DNA of 64,000 bases from an uncultured Bacteroidota bacterium. GTDB lineage: Bacteria; Bacteroidota; Bacteroidia; Bacteroidales; UBA12481. A model generated the notes under the pieces. That model saw nothing but the letters and a program-made list of their open reading frames with translations, was not told the DNA's origin and searched no databases. Positions within the stretch are counted from its first letter, which is position 1; every line of letters starts with the position of its first letter. The position numbers and the translations under genes are program-made. Of the stretch, positions 37,386-45,920 are shown piece by piece. The stretch is taken from the NCBI GenBank assembly GCA_903919065.1, contig CAIXHD010000345.1, forward strand, positions 87,231 to 151,230, read 5' to 3'.

Positions 37386-40300
37386 TTTTATAAGTCTCTA
37401 TTCCATGGTGGCCGATCTTTACTGTCATTCCCGTTTCATCTTTCGGTAAGGGTTTCCCGTTTTCCTCAACCATATCAGTCTTCTCTATTGAAACCGGGGC
37501 CTTATAAAGGTTAACCTTTACGGATTTGTCGCGGCCTTCCTGATCATAAATTCTAATTATCAATCCATTATCTGATTCTGATTTTTTTATAGTGCTCACT
37601 AATGCATTCGAATCATCTATTGAAAGGAAGGACAGACGAGCAGGCAAGACAGGTGATTTGGAAGCTGGATTGAAAATAGAGGTAAGTTTTTCGTTAGCCT
37701 GCAGGGCCTGATGATAGCCATTCTGCCAGCCGGGTTTATGGGTAAACAGGCTGAATTCCATGGAATGACTGCCTTTCTGATGATAGAGAGGGCCTTCGCT
37801 ATGACAACTTTGCCTGGATGCCAGAAGGATTGGTTGAAGCAGTGTGGCATCCGTCGGCATGCTGGTCATATTAACATAATCCCACACTGCCACACTGGAA
37901 GAAATAGTTAATCCTATATCACTGTCATTGGCGCTTATCCAGTTATTTATTCCCCTGGGGTGAACATTCTTGCCAAGTGTGGTATACCTTTCACCGGCAG
38001 CCTGGGCTAACTCATCCTTCCCCACCCTGACAACTCCAAACGGCACTTCATAGGTAATCTCGGGATTTTGAAGCCGGGCTGGAAATGCGAGTCTGAACTC
38101 ACGATAAGCCGTACCGTCCCAATCGATCAGATCCACTTTTACATCCGTTCTTTTCAGCGACGGATATATAGTCCAGGTGATCTTAGCCTTATTGTGTTTC
38201 ATCTCACCAAAACCCTCAATTACCATTCTCACAGGTCCCGACTCCACTACTTCCCATGCAGACCCGATGCCTGAAACCTCATACCCCTCCATGTCAGGCT
38301 GTTGGATGTCCGAAAATTCACCTGCACCATTCCCGAAAGAACGCATTGAAAACAGGTCTCCTCCTTTAAAGCGGTCCGTATTAAAGATCTCTTTTTGCAG
38401 TTCCTTATCAAACATTGACTCAATACCGCCACTACCCAATTTAATCTGGTAATATCTCGTATCGATTAACCCTGCCGAAGCAAGCGGACGGGCTGATACA
38501 GCCATCTTTTTAGCTGAGACAACATAATAGGTCTTATAACCCATTGACGGGATATTTTCAGCTATAAATGCCAATGACACTGATTTCAGATATCCCGATG
38601 GATAATTTTCCAAGGTGCCGGTTACCTGAGAAGCGACTGATTTACCCTGATCATCGATCAATGCAATAGCTTTGAAAGTATTATCGGGGATATTAAGACG
38701 GACTTCCATCGGATCCGTCCTTTCCCAGGTCAAAGAATTAAATATCACCAGCGGCATTCCTTTAGCATTAAAATCAATATTTCCAGCAATATCAGAAGTG
38801 GCCTCTTCAATTACAGATTTGGCGATTTGATCTGCTTCCCGAAATTTATCAAGAAAGGTTTGGTCTGTTATATCACCATTCTTACCACCCCAGCCATGAT
38901 CCGGATAAATTGCAGATTCCCATGCTTTCGTTAGCTTTTCTGATGGATACTTGTCCCAATTGCCGGCGATTAAGGATCTGAAGCTGGCCATTTTTTCCGC
39001 TGCCGGAAGCAACCTTCCTGCACTTCGGCCTGCTTTAAGTGCCTCAAAATGAGAAGGGCCATGTATATATAGCCATACTGCCGGCCTTTCACCCTGAATT
39101 GCCGGAAAATCAATTCCGGAAGCCTTTGCTCCATCGAGAAACTTTTCGGCTGTGGAATGAACCAATCCAGGAAGTCTCAGTGTTGAATCTTTGAGTGAAT
39201 TCCATGTATCGATATAATCAAAATATGAATCTGGAACGGCCATATCGGCATCCGACAGTACAGGTAATACTGGATTTTCAGAAGAGGTGGAATAATACTT
39301 ACTCCAGAAACCGGAAAGATCAGCAAAGTGCCTTACCGATTCAAAAAAACCTTTCTTCAGGTTAACGTAACTATTGTAATAATGATCAGATGAATAAGTT
39401 AAAACCTTTGATCCATCGGGTGAAAGCCAGTTAAACAGCCCTTTATCCTGACGGCTGATTATCATGTATGGCACCCCGCTTTTTGCCAGTATCTGGGGCA
39501 TTTGCAGAGTACGTCCGGGAACATCAACATTCCAGTATATCCGTGCATCGCAACCGGGAAACTGGTTTTTGAACCATTTGCGTCCAAGGTAAAACTGTCG
39601 GATCAGTGGTTCACCAAAATACATCTCTTCATAAGGTTGCATGTAGGAGGCGCCCCAGGTTAAACGTCCCTCTTTTGTCAGACGATAAATCAGGTCCTTC
39701 TTTTCAGGATGTCGGTCGAGATATTCGCGTAGCATCAGGATATCCTCCATATCGTTGTAATAACCAGGATTTTCCTCCAGCTTTTTCAATGCCGGAGTAA
39801 TCAATAGATTATCACGATTTTCAACACAAGCCTGAGGGGAATCCATCCAGGCAATATCCTGATGTGATGAAGCCATGATAAGAATAGTGCCTTTAGAGAA
39901 TACTGAAGCGGCAACTTTTTTCAGATCACTGGACACATTGCTGGTGGCTACCTGACCCTGGATGATAAAACTTTCATTTTCGATGTTTACCTGATAGCTA
40001 ATCAGCCGATCTGGTTGAATATTACTTTTTGTAGCTATTTTTTTAAAATCGATATCCATCATAGAAATTCCTTCAGGGCCCTTCAATGAAATTGAGGTGG
40101 TTGCTGCAGGCAGAGAGAATATCGCTTCAGCCTGGTTTTCCCTTTTCGTCAGGTGCAGTTTTATTGGCTTTTCTGTATTTCCTTTTAATTCAAATGATTG
40201 TTCCGCCCAGCTTTCAGGGGCAACAATCTGACCTTTGTATTTGCTGCCATCTGTGGTTAATCGAATATCAAACCATGTTTCTATGCGTGTCTTTTTTAAA

Positions 40301-40914
40301 AACCAGTCCAGGGCATCAGTACATTGAAAAACCATAAACCAATGGCGTGTTCCTGAAGCATCACCTGTAATCTTAATATTCACGGGCTTTCCTGATTCAA
40401 TCATAGAAACTGGCAGGACAATCCGGGCATATCCGAATCCATCATTTGCCTGGTCCTTAAACACCGTTTGAAAAAGCATCCGGCTGCCAGCAGGTCCGTT
40501 GACAGACCAGTTTTCGCCCATGCTGTTCCTAAAATGGAAGAATGGTTTTTCATTGATAAGCACTTGAAATCCGGGATCCACCCCTTTTGTATCGTAACCC
40601 TGCAGGCTCATGGCAGCGATCAGAAAAACCTGAACTTCCTTAATACCGGGTGCAGGATTCAAAGCCGGAGTTTCCCATGAAATATTCATTTTTCCATCAG
40701 TAGCCCGAACCAGCATTGCATTGAGACAATCCTGGCGGGGACTGGTATAAGAGATATCCTCCCCTGAAATTTTCCGGGCAAATCCTTCAACAGGATTATT
40801 GAGTTCGCCCGCTATCCGCGACTGAGTTTTGATAATGGCTTTAAGGCTGGGCTGAGAAAACGCACCAGAGCATAAAACCAGCAGTGATGCTAAAAGCAGA
40901 GAAAAACGTTTCAT
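37372..40914 (-). CDS. Secreted GH38 alpha-mannosidase with ~340-aa N-terminal extension
   Basis: 1180 aa with signal peptide MKRFSLLLASLLVLCSGAFSQ. The GH38 catalytic-domain start is ILIMASSHQDIAWMDSP (metal-binding H/D), followed by long central and C-terminal GH38 beta domains. Its 3' end overlaps the convergent flavoprotein gene by 14 nt. Confidence 0.8.
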   Translation of the reverse strand: MKRFSLLLASLLVLCSGAFSQPSLKAIIKTQSRIAGELNNPVEGFARKISGEDISYTSPRQDCLNAMLVRATDGKMNISWETPALNPAPGIKEVQVFLIAAMSLQGYDTKGVDPGFQVLINEKPFFHFRNSMGENWSVNGPAGSRMLFQTVFKDQANDGFGYARIVLPVSMIESGKPVNIKITGDASGTRHWFMVFQCTDALDWFLKKTRIETWFDIRLTTDGSKYKGQIVAPESWAEQSFELKGNTEKPIKLHLTKRENQAEAIFSLPAATTSISLKGPEGISMMDIDFKKIATKSNIQPDRLISYQVNIENESFIIQGQVATSNVSSDLKKVAASVFSKGTILIMASSHQDIAWMDSPQACVENRDNLLITPALKKLEENPGYYNDMEDILMLREYLDRHPEKKDLIYRLTKEGRLTWGASYMQPYEEMYFGEPLIRQFYLGRKWFKNQFPGCDARIYWNVDVPGRTLQMPQILAKSGVPYMIISRQDKGLFNWLSPDGSKVLTYSSDHYYNSYVNLKKGFFESVRHFADLSGFWSKYYSTSSENPVLPVLSDADMAVPDSYFDYIDTWNSLKDSTLRLPGLVHSTAEKFLDGAKASGIDFPAIQGERPAVWLYIHGPSHFEALKAGRSAGRLLPAAEKMASFRSLIAGNWDKYPSEKLTKAWESAIYPDHGWGGKNGDITDQTFLDKFREADQIAKSVIEEATSDIAGNIDFNAKGMPLVIFNSLTWERTDPMEVRLNIPDNTFKAIALIDDQGKSVASQVTGTLENYPSGYLKSVSLAFIAENIPSMGYKTYYVVSAKKMAVSARPLASAGLIDTRYYQIKLGSGGIESMFDKELQKEIFNTDRFKGGDLFSMRSFGNGAGEFSDIQQPDMEGYEVSGIGSAWEVVESGPVRMVIEGFGEMKHNKAKITWTIYPSLKRTDVKVDLIDWDGTAYREFRLAFPARLQNPEITYEVPFGVVRVGKDELAQAAGERYTTLGKNVHPRGINNWISANDSDIGLTISSSVAVWDYVNMTSMPTDATLLQPILLASRQSCHSEGPLYHQKGSHSMEFSLFTHKPGWQNGYHQALQANEKLTSIFNPASKSPVLPARLSFLSIDDSNALVSTIKKSESDNGLIIRIYDQEGRDKSVKVNLYKAPVSIEKTDMVEENGKPLPKDETGMTVKIGHHGIETYKIRLW

Positions 40915-40962
40915 GATCTTTCAGTATTTCGTTCAAAAAACGAAACTAATGAAAAAACATTT

Positions 40963-42228
40963 CTAATCGCGGACACATCTGACAGAGAATCCGTAATCCT
41001 TCGTTTCTACTGATCGATTAATGCCCAACAGGATAAATGTAAGCTCCCTGGTCCATGCCCTATTTTGGCTTTCAGAGGTAGAGGACCAGAAAAATGTTTG
41101 TGATTCCATTCCCGCAAAACCAGTATTGTTTGACAACCTGCATCCGGCAGCCAGAGCATTAAACCCGCTGGTACCATCTCCGTTGCCCTCCTTTTTCCAC
41201 CCTGAGATGCTTTTAATCTTCCGATCGGCCTTGCCTGATGACCTCCAGCTTGTTTCCGAAGTGTCTTCCACACCAATAGCCTTTTCAAGAACCTTCCAGT
41301 CGCGGTCGCTGGGAAGGTGCCACCCTTCCGGGCAAGCAGTATTGGCAGCAGCCCAGTTATAAAGGGTGCCATACATTTTGAAATTTTCTGTTGATTTGGC
41401 CTCTGTAATTACAGATCCTTCATAACCATAAACGTAGAAACTATTAATGCTATCAGAGCCGTGAACCGATTCACTTACTTCAGGTAACCATGCAAGGTTT
41501 TCAGCCATCCACCACTGGTCGCCAATCTGCACCACCGGATAACAGCTTCCATCTTTATCTTTACACTCCACAAACTGAATAGAATAAGATTTCGTGTATT
41601 CAGGCTGATCGGTGAAAACAGTAATAAAACTACCTGATCTGCAGGAATAGGAGATAAAGTCACCCGGTGTAAATCCCAGGCTATATCCGCTCTTAATCGA
41701 TTTATATTGAGAAGTACCTGCAAGTGTTTCATTTCCCCTCGAGGAAATTTCATTGCCATGAAAGTTGCTTCCGGCACAAACCATGGATTGGCTGAATGCT
41801 CCTAAAGAATTGATTACAACTACTGTATAGACACCAGGTTCTTGTACTTTAATTTCGAAAGCCTGTCTGCCTGAAGGAACCAATTTGGTGGTTTCAGCGA
41901 TAAACCGGCCAGTTGAATTTGACACCGCTATCCGGATTTTTTCTGGGTAGGCAACTTCAGTTACAAGGTTTGCAGCACCAAAAAAGGGATTTGGGAAGAT
42001 ATTGATTCTATCACCGGGTAAATTTGTACTTATTATCCCTGCAGAGGTATTTAAAACCAGGATTGCGTCACCGGGCAGGATCACTTTCTCTGCTGTTCTG
42101 AGATTGGTAGCTGTTACTTCATCGATCTTTTGTTGGACATCGGCAGATGAAAATGCCATGCTAAGGTTCTGGCCTGAAGCCGGCAGAATAAAGCACAGCA
42201 AGACAAATAAAGAATTCGCATTTTTCAT
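40963..42228 (-). CDS. Secreted FISUMP-domain protein, paralogue B, with an internal T9SS-CTD-like module near the N-terminus
   Basis: 421 aa with signal peptide MKNANSLFVLLCFILPASGQ. Residues ~73-150 read INIFPNPFFGAANLV...GVYTVVVINSLG (Por-tail-like). The C-terminal FISUMP signature is DKDGSCYPVVQIGDQWWMAENLAW, YGTLYNWAAA, CPEGWHLPSDRDWKVLE and GFSVRCVRD. Confidence 0.8.
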   Translation of the reverse strand: MKNANSLFVLLCFILPASGQNLSMAFSSADVQQKIDEVTATNLRTAEKVILPGDAILVLNTSAGIISTNLPGDRINIFPNPFFGAANLVTEVAYPEKIRIAVSNSTGRFIAETTKLVPSGRQAFEIKVQEPGVYTVVVINSLGAFSQSMVCAGSNFHGNEISSRGNETLAGTSQYKSIKSGYSLGFTPGDFISYSCRSGSFITVFTDQPEYTKSYSIQFVECKDKDGSCYPVVQIGDQWWMAENLAWLPEVSESVHGSDSINSFYVYGYEGSVITEAKSTENFKMYGTLYNWAAANTACPEGWHLPSDRDWKVLEKAIGVEDTSETSWRSSGKADRKIKSISGWKKEGNGDGTSGFNALAAGCRLSNNTGFAGMESQTFFWSSTSESQNRAWTRELTFILLGINRSVETKDYGFSVRCVRD

Positions 42229-42328
42229 CGGTAAGGATTTTTGAGTACTAAGGGTCTTAGATTCAAGGCGGTATAACCTAATGAAGTTACTTCTTAGTTG
42301 TTTGTTCTATGTGAAAATCCTGCAAATT

Positions 42329-42350
42329 TTTTGTGAAGATTTTGTGAAGA
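42329..42350 (+). repeat. Perfect tandem direct repeat TTTTGTGAAGA x2 upstream of the PAS kinase gene
   Basis: The 11-mer occurs at 42329..42339 and again at 42340..42350. A degenerate third copy (TATGTGAAAAT) lies about 20 nt upstream. The pair is about 44 nt upstream of ATG 42394. Confidence 0.6.
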
Positions 42351-42393
42351 AAGGAGCAAATGGTTTAACTATTTGACTAATAAACTTATATCG

Positions 42394-44604
42394 ATGACGA
42401 AATCAGCATACTTGTTAAATATTTCCAAAAACCTGAAGGTTAAAACCCTTACATTGGCATCATTACAGAATCGTAACAATCTGCTAATGGATGTAACAGA
42501 AAATGGCTCAATAATACCGGTATCTCCTTCATCAAGCCTGGAGTTAAAGGTGAAAGACAGGTCGTTAGAACTTAGCGAGACCAATACAAATCTCGAGAAT
42601 GAAATAAAGTACCGCGAGTTTGCAGAAGCCCAACTGGCGATCGAAAAGCAGAGGCTTGCTGATATTCTTGAAGGCACTAATGTTGGCACTTGGGAATGGA
42701 ATATTCAGACAGGACATACCATTTTCAATGAGCGATGGGCAGGAATCCTGGGGTATACGCTGGACGAGATATCCCCCACGAGCATTGAAACATGGGCGAA
42801 ATTTGCACATCCCGACGATTTGAAAGTTTCCGGCGAACTTCTGGAAAGGCATTTTAAAGGAGAATCGGACTATTATTCGTTTGAATCAAGGATGTTGCAT
42901 AAAAATGGCAATTGGATCTGGGTTTTGGACCGTGGTAAAGTCCACCATTGGGATATTGAAGGTAAACCGGTTCTCATGTCAGGAACACACCAGGATATCG
43001 ACGAACGCAAGCAGTCAGAATCAGACCTTGAGGAGAGCAGGGAAAAGTACCGTGGATTGTCAGAAGCTTCATTTGAAGCCATCTTTTTTTCCGAAAAGGG
43101 TAAATGCATTGAGCAGAATCTGGCAGCTGAGATGATGTTTGGCTATACAACAGAGGAAGCTCTATCCCGATACGGTACGGAATGGATCGTACCGGAAGAC
43201 AGGGATATGGTGATGCAGAGAATGTTGTCGGGGATTGAAGATCCTTATGAAGCAACAGCATTAAAAAAGGACGGCACAACATTTCCATGTGTTTTAAATG
43301 GAAAGATGATGTTTTATAAAGGGCGGAATGTACGGGTAACAAGTTTAACAGATATTACAGTCCGCAAACAGGCACAGGAGGAATTGCAATCAAAAATGGC
43401 CCTGCTTGAAGCACAAAAAAATGCAACTCTTGATGGAATCCTGGTCATTGATGAAACAAAGGAACGAATACTGACTATCAATAAGCGTTACATCGAAATT
43501 TTCAGTGTTCCAAAGGATATTGCAGAACAAGAGTCTGCAAAACCTTTACTCCTGCATGCAGCAAGTCTGGTCAAATATCCCGATAATTTCCTTGAAGTTA
43601 CAACATTGTTGTATGATCATCCAGGCCAGGTCAACAACGATGAAATCCAGCTTAATAACGGGGTGATTCTTGAAAGATATTCGGCACCTGTTGTGGGTAT
43701 AGATGGGAAATCTCAGGGAAGAATATGGACATTCCACGATATAACGCAGCGCAGGAAGACAGAAGAAGAAATTATTGCATCGAGGAACGAAGCCGAGAAG
43801 GCCAATCAGGCCAAGAGCGAATTCCTCTCACGAATGAGTCATGAGTTGCGAACCCCCATGAATTCGATACTTGGATTTGCCCAATTGTTGAATATGGGCG
43901 AACTCAATCCAAAGCAAAGGAAGGGTATCTGCCACATTTTAAATAGTGGCCAGCACCTGCTCAACTTGATTGATGAAGTGCTTGACATTTCCCATATCGA
44001 ATCCGGCAAGCTTTCTTTCATGCCGGCACCTATTGAACTCAGAGGCATTATTGACGAAATAATTGACATTATTCAGCCACTCGCCAATTCCCGGCAACTA
44101 AAGCTTGAGGTTGAATATTTCCGTATAAATCAACTCGTTGTAATGTCGGATCGCATGCGAATCAAGCAGGTTTTACTAAATCTGTTTAATAATGCAGTCA
44201 AGTACAACAGGCAAGGCGGCTCTATATCAGTCAAAACGGAAACGATACACCATGGCGGAGATTGTCTTGATGCAATCCGGATTTCGATTTCGGATACCGG
44301 TATAGGTATTTCGCCCGACGACATACCAAAACTCTTCGTACCCTTTGAACGGATCGGAGCTGAAAACACAAAAACTGAAGGAACTGGTCTTGGACTGGCT
44401 GTTGTAAAAAAAATAATGGATGCCATGGAGGGGGCTGTAGGCGTTGATAGTAAAGTTGGCTATGGCAGTACATTCTGGATTGAATTACCAGTTGCCGAAA
44501 TGGTTACAAAACCATTGGATATTAACCATTTCTTAAAAACAACAGATACTTTGGTTGGACCAGCAATGGCGCAGCAGCAAATAAACGGAGGTGAGAAAAT
44601 ATGA
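42394..44604 (+). CDS. Cytoplasmic multi-PAS sensor histidine kinase
   Basis: The track ORF starts at TTG 42373. The first ATG is 42394, and ATG 42487 is also possible. No TM segment is present. It has several PAS/PAC-like modules (WEWNIQTGHTIFNERWAGILGY, NGNWIWVLDRGK), the H-box MSHELRTPMNS, N/G boxes LFNNAVKYN and DTGIGIS, and GTGLGLAVVKK. Confidence 0.8.
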   Translation: MTKSAYLLNISKNLKVKTLTLASLQNRNNLLMDVTENGSIIPVSPSSSLELKVKDRSLELSETNTNLENEIKYREFAEAQLAIEKQRLADILEGTNVGTWEWNIQTGHTIFNERWAGILGYTLDEISPTSIETWAKFAHPDDLKVSGELLERHFKGESDYYSFESRMLHKNGNWIWVLDRGKVHHWDIEGKPVLMSGTHQDIDERKQSESDLEESREKYRGLSEASFEAIFFSEKGKCIEQNLAAEMMFGYTTEEALSRYGTEWIVPEDRDMVMQRMLSGIEDPYEATALKKDGTTFPCVLNGKMMFYKGRNVRVTSLTDITVRKQAQEELQSKMALLEAQKNATLDGILVIDETKERILTINKRYIEIFSVPKDIAEQESAKPLLLHAASLVKYPDNFLEVTTLLYDHPGQVNNDEIQLNNGVILERYSAPVVGIDGKSQGRIWTFHDITQRRKTEEEIIASRNEAEKANQAKSEFLSRMSHELRTPMNSILGFAQLLNMGELNPKQRKGICHILNSGQHLLNLIDEVLDISHIESGKLSFMPAPIELRGIIDEIIDIIQPLANSRQLKLEVEYFRINQLVVMSDRMRIKQVLLNLFNNAVKYNRQGGSISVKTETIHHGGDCLDAIRISISDTGIGISPDDIPKLFVPFERIGAENTKTEGTGLGLAVVKKIMDAMEGAVGVDSKVGYGSTFWIELPVAEMVTKPLDINHFLKTTDTLVGPAMAQQQINGGEKI

Positions 44605-45788
44605 ATAGTGCAAGTTTTAAAAACGCTAAAATTCTTATTGTTGATGACAGAGAAAGCAATATTGACATTCTGGAAGGTCTTCTGGAGGAAATGGAATGTA
44701 TTAATTTCAAATCCACCACAGATGCTCTATTATTTATCGACCTGTTTAAATCGTTTGAGCCTGATTTGATTTTACTGGATCTAATGATGCCAAACAAAAG
44801 TGGTTTTGAGATTCTGGATGAATTAAAGGCACTTATAAATCCTGGTGATTACCTTCCGATACTGGTTCTCACGGCTGACATCTCAGCAGGCGCAAAAATA
44901 AAGGCACTTTCCAGCGGAGCAAAAGATTTCCTATCCAAACCGTTTGATCTTTATGAAGTTAGCCTTCGTATAAAAAACCTTTTGGAAACCCGGTTTCTAC
45001 ATCAGCAAATTGAATCACAAAATCAAGCTTTGGAAGAAAAAGTTAAAGAAAGGACTTTTAAATTAGAGCAGGCCTATTTGGAAATTGAAAAAGCCAATCA
45101 GGAATTAAAGGTTTTAGATCGGGCCAAGCTGGGTTTTCTGAATCTTATCAGTCATGAGATCAGGACACCTCTCAATGGTATCTTAGGCTTTACCGAAATC
45201 CTCAAAGAGGAGATAAAATCACCAAAATTGCTGGAGTATCTTCAAGATCTGGAACTCTCTGCTACAAAGTTGGAAGATTTTTCCTATCAGGCATTAATGA
45301 TTACAGAATTACGCTCAAATGTCAGGTCTGTTCACTTTCAAAAGGTTTTAATTAGTCAACTCATAAACAGCGCCAAGATTCAGTTGCTGGATAAGATAAA
45401 AGACAAGAGCATAGATATAAAGCTTAATATAAGTGCGGATATCGATTCCATTTCCGGAGACCCGGACTTACTTCAGATTTGTTTTACCCGATTGATTGAC
45501 ATTGCGATCAGGAATTCGAAAATTCACGATACGGTAAAAGTCAATATCTCATCATACGACCAGATGACTTTTTGTGAATTTATTGATAATGGTCCGGGTT
45601 ACTCAACGGAGAAGCTTGACAACCTGTATAAGCTATTCGCGTTAACTGATCATTCCAATGATACTAATTCGGGTTTGAATATGGTATTAGTAAAACAAAT
45701 CATGGATGCTCATCACGGGCAAATCTCAGTAATGAACAAAAAAGAGAATGGCACGATAACCAGATTGACGTTTTTCAATCAGAAGTGA
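44601..45788 (+). CDS. Response-regulator receiver fused to a histidine-kinase core (REC, coiled coil, HisKA, HATPase-like)
   Basis: 395 aa. Its ATG overlaps the upstream stop (ATGA). Features are the receiver LLDLMMPNKSG and SKPF, the H-box ISHEIRTPLNG, the G1 box DNGPG, and a partly degenerate G2 box (NSGLNMV instead of GxGLGL). Confidence 0.8.
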   Translation: MNSASFKNAKILIVDDRESNIDILEGLLEEMECINFKSTTDALLFIDLFKSFEPDLILLDLMMPNKSGFEILDELKALINPGDYLPILVLTADISAGAKIKALSSGAKDFLSKPFDLYEVSLRIKNLLETRFLHQQIESQNQALEEKVKERTFKLEQAYLEIEKANQELKVLDRAKLGFLNLISHEIRTPLNGILGFTEILKEEIKSPKLLEYLQDLELSATKLEDFSYQALMITELRSNVRSVHFQKVLISQLINSAKIQLLDKIKDKSIDIKLNISADIDSISGDPDLLQICFTRLIDIAIRNSKIHDTVKVNISSYDQMTFCEFIDNGPGYSTEKLDNLYKLFALTDHSNDTNSGLNMVLVKQIMDAHHGQISVMNKKENGTITRLTFFNQK

Positions 45789-45859
45789 TCCCGGCGGGAT
45801 TCGAACCCACGACCCGCAGCTTAGAAGGCTGCTGCTCTATCCAGCTGAGCTACGAGACC
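45786..45859 (-). tRNA. tRNA-Arg (anticodon TCT)
   Basis: The hand-folded 74-nt cloverleaf is GGTCTCG-TA-GCTC-AGCTGGATA-GAGC-A-GCAGC-CTTCTAA-GCTGC-GGGTC-GTGGG-TTCGAAT-CCCGC-CGGGATC-A. The acceptor stem has 7 bp (2 G-U pairs). The T-loop is TTCGAAT and the anticodon loop is CT-TCT-AA. CCA is not encoded. Confidence 0.9.
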
Positions 45860-45869
45860 AAAAGGACCG

Positions 45870-45877
45870 CAAAGATA
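45870..45877 (-). promoter_or_regulatory. -7 promoter box TATCTTTG for tRNA-Arg
   Basis: Exact TAnnTTTG match on the minus strand, 10 nt upstream of the mature tRNA 5' end. Confidence 0.55.
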
Positions 45878-45920
45878 AGCGGAATTAGGGAAACTACCAA
45901 GGTGAAAAATACAAGATTTG

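Noticed and set aside
35431-42228. A diversity-generating retroelement that targets the lectin-like FISUMP domains.
   Set aside because: The window contains no reverse transcriptase ORF and no template/variable repeat pair that I could see. The two FISUMP domains are divergent paralogues, not near-identical repeats.
45700-45920. A possible genomic island integrated at tRNA-Arg.
   Set aside because: The window contains no integrase, recombinase or transposase. I could not find a second copy of the tRNA 3' half by eye. Flanking genes look like ordinary chromosomal genes. An exhaustive repeat search was not possible.
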